From: a virus
Strand: one strand, 5' to 3'
Length of the DNA stretch: 64,000 bases
IMG/VR virus record: IMGVR_UViG_3300035047_000236
This document shows, one piece after another, positions 43,401-47,550 of the stretch (position 1 is its first letter; every line of letters begins with the position of its first letter). The notes under the pieces are model-generated. The model had not been told where the DNA came from. It was given only the letters and a program-made list of their open reading frames with translations, and did not search any database. Position numbers and translations under genes: made by a program.

Positions 43401-45392
43401 CTTAATAGTGTCATTAAATATCTTTTCTACATCATCATTATAATTAGAATATAAAATTTCTCTAATATTTTTTATTTTAGACACAAACCCAGGATCAACA
43501 GCTACATTACCTCTTTCTGACATTCCTCCTATGGAACCAATTAATTTACGAAAACCTTCAAAATCATCTTCGAAAACATCTAATGGATCTTCTAAAGGTG
43601 TTAACACTTTTCTTAATTCACTAATAGTGCTTATTTTTTTATCACCTTTTAGAGTCCTTGGCTCATCCATTGTACTATATTTAAATCTTACATTATTGTT
43701 ATTAATGTAATTTATAATGTCAGAGACAGCTTCCATTAATTCGTTTATATTTTTTTCTATTTCATCATCAGAGCTTTTACTTGTATAAGATCTAGAAGGA
43801 ATATAAGATTTTAATTTATCAGTTTTTATCTTATTATCATTAATCCAAGATTTTGCTGCCTCTTTTGTATCCTCAGATTTTTTTCGAGTAGAAGATATTA
43901 CTTTATTATCTTTTGCCCAAGACTTTATAGAGCTTTTTATTTCATCAGAAGATTTTGGTTTAGAAGTTTGTCTTCTTCTACTTGCTGCTTCAGTTCTACA
44001 AACATCACTACAATATTTTGCGTTTGGAGCTTTAGACGTAAACTCTGTCCCACAAACTTCACAAATTATTCGTCTTCTACCGCCTCCAGAAGAACTAGAA
44101 GGTATTGACACATTTTTTGGGGGTTTTGGTGGTTTTGGTGGGGCTGTAGAGGTACTTACTGTACTTATTTGATCTTGATTACCTACTGCTGCCTTTTTTT
44201 CTATATCTCCAACAACATTTGTAATATTGGATAGAGATTTACTTAGAACTTTTTCCCTTTTACTATAACTTTCAGAAAGTTTTGGTAAAAATGTATGTTT
44301 TGCAGTATCTTTTGTTTCTTCGTATTTAGATGAACTATCTGATGATATAACAGATTTTAATTCCTTAACTAAAGTATTTAGGGAAGATAAATCTATTTTT
44401 TCAACATCTTTAACACTACTAAGTTGATTTATAAGCTTATCAACAGCAGAAATAACTTCTGTATATGGTGCAGATTTCTCTATAAGTTTATCTATAGTCT
44501 TTATTTGTTTTGAGTCTGCTAATTGAGGAACTGCTTTTTTTACAGCTTCGGAAACCATAGAAGCCATATCTATAGACACAGTTGCAGGAGCAGACATCAT
44601 ATGTCTAGACATAGCCCCTGTTTTAGAAAATAAGCTTTTCTTAAACCCTTCAGCAGTTTCTAAAAAACCCTCTGTATTTATACCGTGGGTTTCTTTAAGA
44701 ACCCTAGCTTGTGTAAAAATACTTGCAAAATTACTTTTTAAATTTGCTAATTCTGCAATAGTTTCTTTTAATAATCTACCAAAAGCTAAAAACTCTTTTA
44801 TATCTAGGCTGCCGCCACTATGACGCAACTCTCCCATCTTTTCCATGGTCTGTAGAACCTTAAAAGCAGCACTAGACATGCTCTTAGAAGCACTATACAT
44901 TTCATTTATTATATTATGTGTTTCTTTAGGTAGGACAGAATCGCTAGACTTTATTTTTTTATCAAGAGAGCTTATCAATTCTGAAGGTATATTAACACCC
45001 TTTTCCTGTGCTCTATTAGAAACTACTCTAAGTGACTCAGATAAAGATTTTCTTACAGTAGCATCAACAACATCTTTTCCTGTAACAGAAGAGGTTGTGT
45101 CTCCTTTACTCCTTAGGTTTGCAAAGGCTGTCTCTAACTCTCTTCTAAATACACCAGTAAAATCTTCCTTAAACCCTTTATCATTGCTGTATCCTTGTTC
45201 ACCAAAGGACTTGGCTATTTGGTTCAGCAAAGAGTTTTTTTCTTTGTTTGATGCTATTAATTCTGATATAGCTTGGGCTAATTTATTAAAAATTAGTCGA
45301 TCTTTTGCTTCTAACCCACTATTTTTGTTTGTAGATGTGGTAGATTGATTGATATTGACAACTGATTCAATACCTATAATGTGGTCTGTCAA
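22452..45392 (-). CDS. giant tail tape measure protein (7,646 aa) fused to a two-barrel virion RNA polymerase, a PD-(D/E)XK nuclease and a zincin-like peptidase
   Basis: Uninterrupted ORF with TTG start and GGGAGG RBS. Position after tube and chaperones. TP901-type TMP core plus ordered RNAP beta/beta-prime motifs (see sub-features). Confidence 0.9.
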   Translation of the reverse strand: MTDHIIGIESVVNINQSTTSTNKNSGLEAKDRLIFNKLAQAISELIASNKEKNSLLNQIAKSFGEQGYSNDKGFKEDFTGVFRRELETAFANLRSKGDTTSSVTGKDVVDATVRKSLSESLRVVSNRAQEKGVNIPSELISSLDKKIKSSDSVLPKETHNIINEMYSASKSMSSAAFKVLQTMEKMGELRHSGGSLDIKEFLAFGRLLKETIAELANLKSNFASIFTQARVLKETHGINTEGFLETAEGFKKSLFSKTGAMSRHMMSAPATVSIDMASMVSEAVKKAVPQLADSKQIKTIDKLIEKSAPYTEVISAVDKLINQLSSVKDVEKIDLSSLNTLVKELKSVISSDSSSKYEETKDTAKHTFLPKLSESYSKREKVLSKSLSNITNVVGDIEKKAAVGNQDQISTVSTSTAPPKPPKPPKNVSIPSSSSGGGRRRIICEVCGTEFTSKAPNAKYCSDVCRTEAASRRRQTSKPKSSDEIKSSIKSWAKDNKVISSTRKKSEDTKEAAKSWINDNKIKTDKLKSYIPSRSYTSKSSDDEIEKNINELMEAVSDIINYINNNNVRFKYSTMDEPRTLKGDKKISTISELRKVLTPLEDPLDVFEDDFEGFRKLIGSIGGMSERGNVAVDPGFVSKIKNIREILYSNYNDDVEKIFNDTIKSKKPISSVGDSYVKGSTYKASSARSYRKGKGEEYSYKETVISPSEESDFPQKKIESLPSAEIQRLIVEANADDLSKSLAELQKFMVKKVEKGLKASDSDWSIVRDAADQNISEYFSLVGGINKKRSGKQFSFKIADIAGLQASLGGKGKLKSEFNLDDSAMSNPKVLIEKYKENLFKTTMVRSGHRLPEIMAKWTKTMSKGAIEEVPDIDDLTKKRLLDIKTRFSKEEGTEPSPEFVSKMRGLDSEGLLEDLYRKTVNEIIANDYLTKGTEDGKQKPLVRELAIPAARMSESGSMVFDTQQGSQRVIPKFATYKTGFESMIEELLSVGKFDVAKHSVKKLGIRPKERDHELVRSISEQMLMDWATPKDVEKGPEVRSKIVDQYRKAAVIRAKKMEDLGQIPEKSSPEFISKVNKTLDSGLAEGFKSGNVGVETLISEMRTLGVDAVDLAKSMEKIEFKNIYDVIYQLLNIPGENKNVLDKLSNRPQYDANVRDFETLINKLIGTVPIADKSKPRRYSHQEKIINLMSLSTPTYGPGVGGTADDQKQFIRDLNLNLKDFMGNQKALKAYGMSDSNIPMDVTTISSLGVPETQASTLNEYRKLGKYDDIALSGLDSTSIKMYTDSLAELAPFGKQFQQLGRNIASTTGAKAYRPGDGIIGTETPSLRSSREHELIVSGRHGDQGYGFNVIAELRNTASTFEDQIVVSGKLADVLTQHVKTMVQPDKLGRVGFFNEYGQIKTPETGEVGDIKENHRLVGLENANKVFQEVLGVKQEYRGRADEALIKDVEKAITVVRGKPLNVQIAKVVETFFNYYGRKFTTRYGSKGVSVLASGATEMTGEQLGSIIKDKKVEIIPEEDRSKAGLGTAIMPKSMGKLLSEVFENKGDTSLSKELIESGNKFILSMFTDANLGVVPEYEAEAQQILFNKVKDALSKMNIDIKKDVEGISQVKDLYSKQVPGGMPNVERPIDIRFSSYGIAKRGLQTENLEAIMNNVISSGGSGKTVLETEFKPDVYKSMLGVPTDKYDEKLNLNKISGALGFKKQEESIGKIQEEIFEMLKRKSGGVLDESEISKLKNKAKSLAELEHRSSFYSDIFDEFGTERKSLIGPKFVEITEDPHEYAEWSSTDIEKQIKGERLNLPAFGAYSAIFGESSKLLGEVAEDVPIESKKHWEYIKVLQTINSSRKDMAEKLLSSAKKVDVADLYGFTESTGHFEDDSEFKTDRYGNTVKVKDPRSFKDTVLDYEKYPGALSLQIPSTRDPKQRDSLYVPSSIGRTTYPEPTMAGEYGLDIISRRLNRVVVAAKDLDEATTGSPKTEEDKFKTIGLIKSKVSNLRSEARTITKDSGTGRYVENIGDMGELRLNEILDPMLKVLSNYKVNPAYDKTGVTRADYVMKFRQKKINEGKPISEVYQSTIDQAADQLLGQFTKPSEDAPEIFKERFKAPGALNIASDIGPAPVGEIAKVFGVDQKHSDKYIQDKIKALEKAKIEYYNSIATTVIGKTGSIQELAFTRKIPAVMAKAVTAVVDKTSEFEEFKNTINDILSEDSYGVGDEFNKLSDVSKEISKIGEGHAKAIEAHKKKGIPVLKQHELGVPDFYAEKLPVQFTKRYSVNKKEDRIDPLLKPTKVDSNLKEMLEYRESILPFVDKIKDSVEKQKMDIHLRKELTPYIESVRYPFTGISSVQPYEAKLLKPEKGGRHLAKHSLTAPGIPELDFDAFDANKKEIDSIIKSLTDKVDLEYKKEQPDEVKIDNLLNIISQLENALSGLIPKYIAQQQKLDFDGDQIEIHSAKTAEARREIEKHFKYTHSPDTAAGPTSKAFRDEFTYGAMVGSTGKYAMAEQQLAFSKKFPEEEGFGFMTKPFLTEQLEYLSDQERLNILAKTPDSSGEPKLPFNAIADVIPSVFRSPEDIDKVFNAISNVKPPTDSEGEIDVEKYSKDLLDELEGLGGNIAKAINNGIKEELFNTKYLSTINAQLFKINTGPDTEATNRLLKIHERSIGAGSGIINSEFGYNFSPEMAKRFPSDLNVTGKHMGEELNFMANELIRVAQQKGFDVKHAGEVPVAGEIAKLMSKGEPGAKKLISKIEEGKGSYKDIKEFAESNEKAIGMRLSKLSTGAILEDAKKIASGRGEMSKVEGKDREELKKYIVDSIGFKGYLIEWSNQIIDAAREALIEEAKSIKGITNDKDAEAYASTEIRKQLGTGGIDIGQTFEKIETPLYKYRTFTAKPAGQIRKYKEKFGDVDTSELLGVIDPKTKEADDPDRKLIYKYKFAKAISQNLYDDISNFSNSDKKRRDTYSKMVDSTIKNLKNDARVISGLNKMMEVEGDRISSPVVERLYGEAPMHSATEDVLKPENYKDIKRKVEKYARSVGAPSMTERTIRELDFEFDHEIGRRVEEEYPDPSRENYDTEEEYKREFEKNKKTKERERDKMKKRAMAIAQMDTIIRTAETKKGEMDFLLEFAPSSGAYKPDRPQIKDYISKDASDRILSSGHSLYSQGGSIPETPMGPNLPPSFDLKGMSDKPVPVYVVGVADGVSLNFASPDSFSRNAAFSDIGVTPSDVGVMPQGISKELMEKVKWAEELIGTDKSSIIGESDFGKKYRASGLKGGYAAKKVGDKFTPDKQVEEIVKTMVSDKEDMNHIGRSSSLLGTAIHKKLEDKYKSENVISKTGEKLNTFVEKPIPKFVDEIGGEFSGTMDVVREDGSGITDHIVDIKTVSDDNFSALFDAIKAFREKTGKETPSLQEIKEFINSKESNYLKNTKLDEVASQLNLYLAATNKGADSFAHFYSSTDPDKGPAVLSHKFDDKLLERDMRAVSSAREEVIRQGKTFGKTESHEQIISRPPEKDLPLDELNKAIDVLKEYYNLAQERRQTVGYKSSDYVSSEDAYINSEDVKNFRNRVESIRKDSEAMEDRFTYKPKSRPVIEGLGTIHIEKALTSLHQNASRYQRSQGVDIDSEGFKKFNERIQQEITKTLEEGPRGAEFASVMSEMKDSGDIDFNEFMNAWKAYRIAVGDYYVNLIKESFGEYESFKAEGDVAGQTKSFDKYSGLVKKFQDSVKGDLGKKTDIYTEDRMYIHPKLAEEAGVRLTTEELIKKASDPLEEDKTLKTIFNRMLDFEGEKAPIPRESIREALVDLIGIDKALIDVYTDAELVARAGEEIGKTWDFSKVSSGLSRLKDALREQLSYDIGDRYSSEQVAYLQNVLKTLKSLEKVWINVNTESEKYSNPTGEKIRPSIIPVSKDLSVEEQEALHLRNISNVERYFSTPESKGGASAGEKFVYDKKVFEPSGRVVENQKESFMKYGDVIRGTGEEVSSFTKRQKDLLKSMTDGNRTFSVAIDRVIKWGAAASLVYGGLDYIKDSIDQISDVEVAMAQLQMVMNPVNTDFGSLQKTSVGLAKQYGVPVTGVLEGMKVFAQQGLPQEDVTDRTKTAVLASNITTLKSTDATEALTAAMKVFTEEGKESIRFLDSWSNVESKAAITSGNLADAIKKSASAAKNAGFTFDQLNGIVTAIGSVTRQTGKEVGTSLRFIMRRLGTDTGPKELSKVGVSILGEEGGMRSGFDILDDLSKKWGDLSRAQKMAIAQGLGGTRQYNQVLVLMDNWSEALRNVKNSMDSKGSAERRNLILMKTYSKQLEQTKAMFSELKIEMGKLVLPSFKMGLSGIRGALSVINAIPSEFKLAAAGAAAFFAYVSKGQSVLSNLIQIVDKGKIAFSGLKKEFSKGIKVGGHELFGTGDEKDPDLFGLNSIQKGAGFDDLESSLGKLGYSLLAFGRYYNKFLGLTASDTGKPIKAVGSFVESVGNSISKLTTVGSFVPKIPVQLAAAAAETFVASPIKYVGKATKGAGSGIENLGMSLVENLGSDHASILKSMGPLLGTGLGLGIMAPKAISSIKDFVGSAKDLKDSKAGVIEANKKEIDSLDELINRYNALGTAQEELKKLQDPEELNRLKDIREYKSPMFFGADIEKQDKDFQKAVAKYAPSMIGSVTEYGGINLDRTNEEAVKYIKNLNNIRRYQEAMLESDIAVRFSEDLTKTDGNQNVKYIMNEVAKSVPLVGDMLEKGISVGPKKALSEFTKELNKVIVAKNANPLSTAFDPILDGMYKQLESIKNTFDDINSDFEKILESIDTRGLKSNQINSIFNREELIPGYDVMAATNDVYNREGVTGKQIMQRDIFRSVIANDEKVGQYIYGMLEPTGDITSERFKEANMSERSPFDNFSTIKTGDFVTVTDKFAEQYRIAGQQAMVEIDESNKIFLKYVDSITGEFVKALMYSGGQSNILDNSIKNIYPTDEIIRKAEEHRTKLATFITGAEAGIVGLDKENLNKRNLDLGTKFFSDIDTGTLLQTEKGYNISSGRFVNPDVDSAPTDWYKSGWAEDYAKYMKEPMKEYSVIMESVRGGAADSSNYLVGEDAERIAELQGIIQNNSVVFQFRQEMEALAKTIESSTRSVKNLIDAEKARNKVYVETYGFTKGAPKELAPPDLGVKSIDELSPHQMAMNSSSVYAEVAQRISSIEQERKGLISQIDTLVQTRSNINDMGIAQTAFGAVNIDNIKDEKDLEKYLKETQEQSGFTKSEVLIASHLDEINKATKDGTIEAQESNKWLSALVSIFTGASTKEKFEEKKSSLMEFKPEEFYTKKGLFSKSNPKLNKFNQEIIDLQNLSEEAGSKGGSAGIDLMNEIDATIRERTEMLLNSGIDFLEGRSEGSADTKKLLTAFSKGVSAAGVPIEGLINEFEITESGKSKKGQKVVSSLRKSVEESKTGYSEGMFSTGNMANTAAIALTFSKVKDLISGADVRNIDKAIEDLVNKKANLDEGMSSDSIDRDISALRSIREKRTNMKGVYDTVGGLAKTAIVAHGTGSIAGMDDSNIRNFMVASSGLYLAFKALKGNVDKLPKSFEEADKKIKDIDFEKVTQGIVDGKPINRASKKLAKTMSVFVKDLDKEMKAGGYSAGDDAGIKGETERIENKLRSVADEKDMEKLKGRFEKELSSGSEGSIRVLQGLMSALVLTTAQNYLDNKQEVDRQISGAEKTGSDQLEDLYYIFKKEPAIFKGFMEAAESGDGEEVQDFSKKLESMVISQGKERESYTDQINKTLETIGEKIGEFDGTLNELKSFANEVQTLSEVIKSLRMIELDHVKALNSIDINSMYGFPTSSGDLLRGFSGELRMPKNERDMSVQERMFSSSSEVFKDAFNTFYKFQRSYDTQFEALKVLSDKRISKEFDLAALQKQGNVSKDEENLRIYEISRLKKLENEAKNALDGTRESTIELGKSFKDLSSLSSYIYKLKDSLDDLNSTAISSSVLGSKNYNTNISKLLGGGHPLASVSVSPEQQRMASRVGVSLISGESTAKDVERAEILDKLETSKDPKEKMELSYRLSELDSKYENLVFTKEQTERNRLFETTQSPYVKLQEDLFRLLESGEITNQNDVIDIRQIISTIGRELESSVQVVSKQQKLDEIKSQYEKGDLDKTKYNIRKEYYEKSGLDYFYKGVDGGFLDKYDEIIVRFKEALQATSEEGVMYKAISQPIVTQLEKANGYLQTISLFYADKSNADNDPGSRTAPGPAPFREKDALGTTKYYDYVEDHAGPLSGIPLSREDQIRRDYLYPGFTSISDTKVGKFASNVVKDFVGYKLPAGTGFEHEPSTETISSVTKRAFSFVAGKISDFIDYFPEAYDRQKEHVSYMEENRDLYSTNHINIAKRRPIYGEGYNEYLKVDDKPLKVEDKPLEVEDKVLKARLETTEVITKDHVERKASGGRIFGAGGPREDKVPAYLSPGEFVIRSHTAQKLGYNTLDHINKKGTIPGFAEGGTVYKSIDEKNKYLSEKYPGVNFNFKDNDYFNLDQYNKLAPYIEKILDKYPEIQEGLTIGLFDGNLPEGYNLEDFKHSTKFGAHAASSRIKNSDGSINRESKVLLNSSSLFDKNSPLRTWDSYDYDPISTLMHEFGHRKDFIDQRYSPEKRISVLDRLWGIPEENLTPEARGKSNEERYAEIFALHEMFGDPDRIDAPGELKESITEFHGSKWSAIDPRSKIEGLPSFAAGGVVEDPYVITIDNIYDRFMKSKYVNDPEYAITRVREGLGALFERFANDEINKNNMRIDDVIKQAALGTQKSSNKNNIRSFIGRSDGINEVSGRYLDRNIGNNTPSIGNITEGGIRSFVGDASGVFEVSEKDFNDRSYSLMRTENEGRLESNSSGYDWAINSHKDVSNRIIEEEREKANNRLNRMLKKDLMFKTKMIERSNKQKQLEDLVRSGNVKDLTSSFNEITGFDTYKDIDTGASFGKARKGFYTPTGPFFMDAGINPTTDIKTKTNRLEAPSLYMPEKTDFGFSEYLPLVNDYPSDYVKFFNKAVHIRRYTDMLRGKISKTGKPFGELLKSGNKDALDLIDKRDALMSARQMIDMMSRGENIYTNPDLMKKVTVPSKISPLSKTTIGADGNVYNFEEGVPLKGKSNDVLNEIEYAKGFDGTVEYESKIQNFLDDAVIAENYLRSMLYGTKSNKRSPGVGVPISGAKSYAGPPQTVGLHNRDITNRLDGPQKIGLYNNVSERSSLEEQGIGTSGSEALKDGYLLRKNQPAASDSRSNMENYMSTLRNLTGSDLVYKSIIKDLESTEPDLKKYLANNYKDKDSIMGLFKDNISINNIAKDYNASPGMVRKAMHEILREFRSEFSEGGKVLSNILHNHPNNGSIPVFHNGGFVDKTGPIFAQKGEFILPKFFGDGGLVNSSKETISANLVSGSLNKSSIKLDGAEVLNELSRIKLRVDDKKLDVDGSRLINDLNNVELRVKDTKVGVEDKTVSIDSSSLLNELRNLTLKVEDKKLGVEDKTVSIDSSSLLNELRNLTLKVEDKKLGVETTNIKVDTQNVANQISSAITNAINSSKVAVDTTNIKVDSVGASARDAISEAIVSMDNKFLSSIAVVDRKINNLKEEIDNKIGSKVDEKLSISVSDINNRIGNVEYRLSDLYNNVTSSISRLAADANSIRSLAHQSLNSVNNL
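22888..23070 (-). repeat. tandem 90-bp duplication in the TMP C-terminus (30-aa unit KTVSIDSSSLLNELRNLTLKVEDKKLGVED)
   Basis: 22888-22977 and 22978-23067 differ at only one base that I could find (gagctg vs gagcta). Degenerate copies continue to about 23210. Confidence 0.9.
25325..25995 (-). other. HEXXH zincin-like metallopeptidase domain inside the TMP
   Basis: STLMHEFGHRKDF (H6597 at 25604) followed by NEERYAEIFA. Bracketed by PGFAEGG and PSFAAGG. Confidence 0.7.
32460..33420 (-). other. tape-measure core domain (TP901/PhageMin_Tail type), about aa 3990-4310
   Basis: LAKQYGVPVTGVLEGMKVFAQQG...ATEALTAAMKVF...NLADAIKKSASAAKNAGFTFDQLNGIVTAIGSVTRQTGKEVGTSLRFIMRRL. Confidence 0.9.
34950..35500 (-). 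other. Cas4/RecB-like PD-(D/E)XK nuclease domain inside the TMP
   Basis: LGTAIH (H3313), VEK, SGTMD, VDIKT (D3372/K3374) and QLNLY (Q3428) in canonical order. Confidence 0.8.
37200..38920 (-). other. RNA polymerase beta-prime-like region (DPBB with catalytic DFDGD)
   Basis: GKTGSIQELAFTRKI (38865-38909), LKQHELGVPDFYAEKL (38604-38651), RYP (38382-38390), DFDGD (38061-38075, D2440-D2444). Left boundary approximate. Confidence 0.88.
39960..41900 (-). other. RNA polymerase beta-like region (second DPBB)
   Basis: FEDQIVVS (41301-41309 for FED), GRKFTTRYGSKGV (40923-40961), PIDIRFSSYGIAKR (40464-40505), GERLNLPAFGAY (39969-40004). Confidence 0.85.
43990..44075 (-). other. C4 zinc finger in the TMP N-terminal region
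   Basis: RRIICEVCGTEFTSKAPNAKYCSDVC, preceded by the linker APPKPPKPPKNVSIPSSSSGGG. Confidence 0.75.
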
Positions 45393-45452
45393 AGGAATTG
45401 CCTCCCAAATTTAATATTATATTAAACCCCTATAAATCTAATAGTTAGTTTA

Positions 45453-46457
45453 TTACCTATTATTCTTCTTTTTGAAATCCGCAGCATTTTTAACCTTTTG
45501 AGCTTCCCTAGGAGTATCATACTCTATATCCTGCCACAGCTCATTAGATGCTGTAACAATTACCTCTTCTGAATTAAAAGCTGATAACTTTCCTGGCGAT
45601 TTCTTTTTAGATCTCCTAGCTGCGTCCTCTCTTGTCCTCTCCTCATAGTAAGCCTTCATGTATGCATCAAGTGCATCATCATCTTCTATGATCAAATCCC
45701 TAGGTCTATCCTCTGGCATCATTTGATATATATTATCGTAGTAATTAGACCAATATGATAGGTTAAGCATATCAGTTGTGTAATCTACGGTAGGTACACC
45801 AAATAATTTATCTCCTGTTTTTTGACTATTTACATAACGTATTCTCCAAAGATTGCTCCTTGCTATAAAACGTATTTTCCTAGTTTCTATACCGCTATAG
45901 AAATTTATAAAGTTAGATATTACTTTTTCTCTATTTAAAAAATCTCTAGTTTTTTTAAACAAATCATAATTTTCCCAAAACCTGTTACCATCTTCTTTAT
46001 ATGTACACCTCCAACACAAGAACAACATCTTTTCCTCATTGGCTCTATACTCTGCCGACATGGTCATCTTAGAGTTTTTCTTTTTAGTTATTTCATTCAA
46101 TTCTTCTTCTAATTTATAAATTATACCTTTTATTCTTTCTTGATTGGCTTTAACTGATGTAGTTTTAGCTAATAAAGCCTTTTGACCATCAAGTTTTGAA
46201 TTTAATCTACTAACCTTATCTCTATCTTCTTTTGTGTATATATTTCTACTATCTATTAATTTTTCTAACTCTTCTCTTTTGAGCAGCCCTTCTTTTATAG
46301 ACTGCTCGTATTCTTTTTTATAGTAAATTTCAGAAAGTTGTTTAGTATAATTGTCAGGAAACTTAAACACTACAACATCATCATTTATTATAGTTAAATG
46401 AGTTCCAGATGATATATAATAAATTAAGTTTTCAACTTCATTGTCTTCCATATACAT
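45453..46457 (-). CDS. tail assembly chaperone (GT-like)
   Basis: Immediately upstream of the TMP. N-half is paralogous to 46470..47198, with an extra C-terminal domain. Confidence 0.6.
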   Translation of the reverse strand: MYMEDNEVENLIYYISSGTHLTIINDDVVVFKFPDNYTKQLSEIYYKKEYEQSIKEGLLKREELEKLIDSRNIYTKEDRDKVSRLNSKLDGQKALLAKTTSVKANQERIKGIIYKLEEELNEITKKKNSKMTMSAEYRANEEKMLFLCWRCTYKEDGNRFWENYDLFKKTRDFLNREKVISNFINFYSGIETRKIRFIARSNLWRIRYVNSQKTGDKLFGVPTVDYTTDMLNLSYWSNYYDNIYQMMPEDRPRDLIIEDDDALDAYMKAYYEERTREDAARRSKKKSPGKLSAFNSEEVIVTASNELWQDIEYDTPREAQKVKNAADFKKKNNR

Positions 46458-46469
46458 GGGGTAACTAAA

Positions 46470-47198
46470 CTACTTTTTATTCTTTTTATTTTTCTTTTTA
46501 TCTTTGGGTTCTTCTATAGACTTTTCTGCTACTTCTTCTTTTTCATTATCGTCTTCCATTTCTTTATTAACCCTACTAAGTAGCTCTGTCTCTATCTCTT
46601 TCATTGCTACAGCTTCTGGGGTTTTTTCTAGGAAGTCTGAATCATAACCTTGCAGATAAAGCATGACCTCGTATCTCGACTTTAAAACAAGTTGCTGGGA
46701 TTTTTCATTTAAGAATTTTTCATATGTTTCCCACACATTTGTACCGTCTTCATACTGTATCATTCTACTTGTTAAATACTCTAATCTTGCATCATCTGCC
46801 ATTTGTTCACATGTGTTACTCATTGGACCACTGAGTCTTTGATTCCATTGGAAAAGAGAATCTCTAACCCTAGCAACATCCACTGCTGCAGATGCTTTTT
46901 CTTCATTTGTAGTTGCAGAGTTTAAAGCTACTATAGCAGTATTTAACTTATCCTGTAGCTCACTAACTCTTTTATCAAAATGCTCTCCTATAACACCTCT
47001 TTTCTTTAATATATCCATAAGCTCTGCACTTGTTGGTATACCTTCGTTCAAGCATTTAGTATATGTCTTACTATACTGCCAATCTGCCCCACGTATATCT
47101 TCAGCGTTTGGGTTCCCTATATAATATTCTGTTTCCCCATCTGGACCTGTGAAGCTGCGTCTGTCTGCCATTTCATCAATCATAATTATTTCCTCCAC
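46470..47198 (-). CDS. tail assembly chaperone (G-like)
   Basis: Between tube and TMP. Helical, charged, Lys-rich tail. Confidence 0.6.
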   Translation of the reverse strand: MEEIIMIDEMADRRSFTGPDGETEYYIGNPNAEDIRGADWQYSKTYTKCLNEGIPTSAELMDILKKRGVIGEHFDKRVSELQDKLNTAIVALNSATTNEEKASAAVDVARVRDSLFQWNQRLSGPMSNTCEQMADDARLEYLTSRMIQYEDGTNVWETYEKFLNEKSQQLVLKSRYEVMLYLQGYDSDFLEKTPEAVAMKEIETELLSRVNKEMEDDNEKEEVAEKSIEEPKDKKKNKKNKK

Positions 47199-47200
47199 CT

Positions 47201-47452
47201 TTATTTATTAAATTCTATAATATCTTCAGATAATCTTTTATATTCTACATCAAAATTATCAAATTCCTTCTCCAGCGACCTCATACAGTCGTTACCTACT
47301 CTAAGTATTTTGGAACGCAGTTGTTGGAAATTATCTCTTGGACACGCTACATGTGAAAAATCAAGAGCTTTCTCCATCAAGTTGGTAACCTCTCTTCTCA
47401 TTAACTTCACAAGTATTGCCTTACTTCCATCTTTAAATTTTTTAGTTGCCAT
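47201..47452 (-). CDS. hypothetical protein
   Basis: 83 aa with an upstream GGAAGGA/AAGG RBS-like stretch. Confidence 0.6.
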   Translation of the reverse strand: MATKKFKDGSKAILVKLMRREVTNLMEKALDFSHVACPRDNFQQLRSKILRVGNDCMRSLEKEFDNFDVEYKRLSEDIIEFNK

Positions 47453-47494
47453 AACCTTTAATTCCTTCCTTTTCTTTATTTATATAAAACCCTT

Positions 47495-47532
47495 TTCAAA
47501 GTGGTGTTGGGGTAAATTAATACCCCAACCAC
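47495..47532 (-). terminator. intrinsic terminator-like hairpin after the tail tube gene
   Basis: Stem gttggggta/taccccaac (47506-47514 / 47521-47529) extended by gtgg/ccac. Short U-run follows on the minus strand. Confidence 0.6.
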
Positions 47533-47550
47533 ACTTCCTATTATATCATA

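Noticed and set aside
46440-46500. Classical -1 programmed frameshift between the tail chaperones
   Set aside because: No XXXYYYZ heptamer is evident before the stop and the two ORFs are already in the same frame.
47477-47484. TATAAATA (T4 late promoter consensus) on the minus strand after the tube terminator; another at 57120-57127
   Set aside because: At roughly 70% AT this octamer is expected many times by chance, and I saw no consistent positioning upstream of operons.
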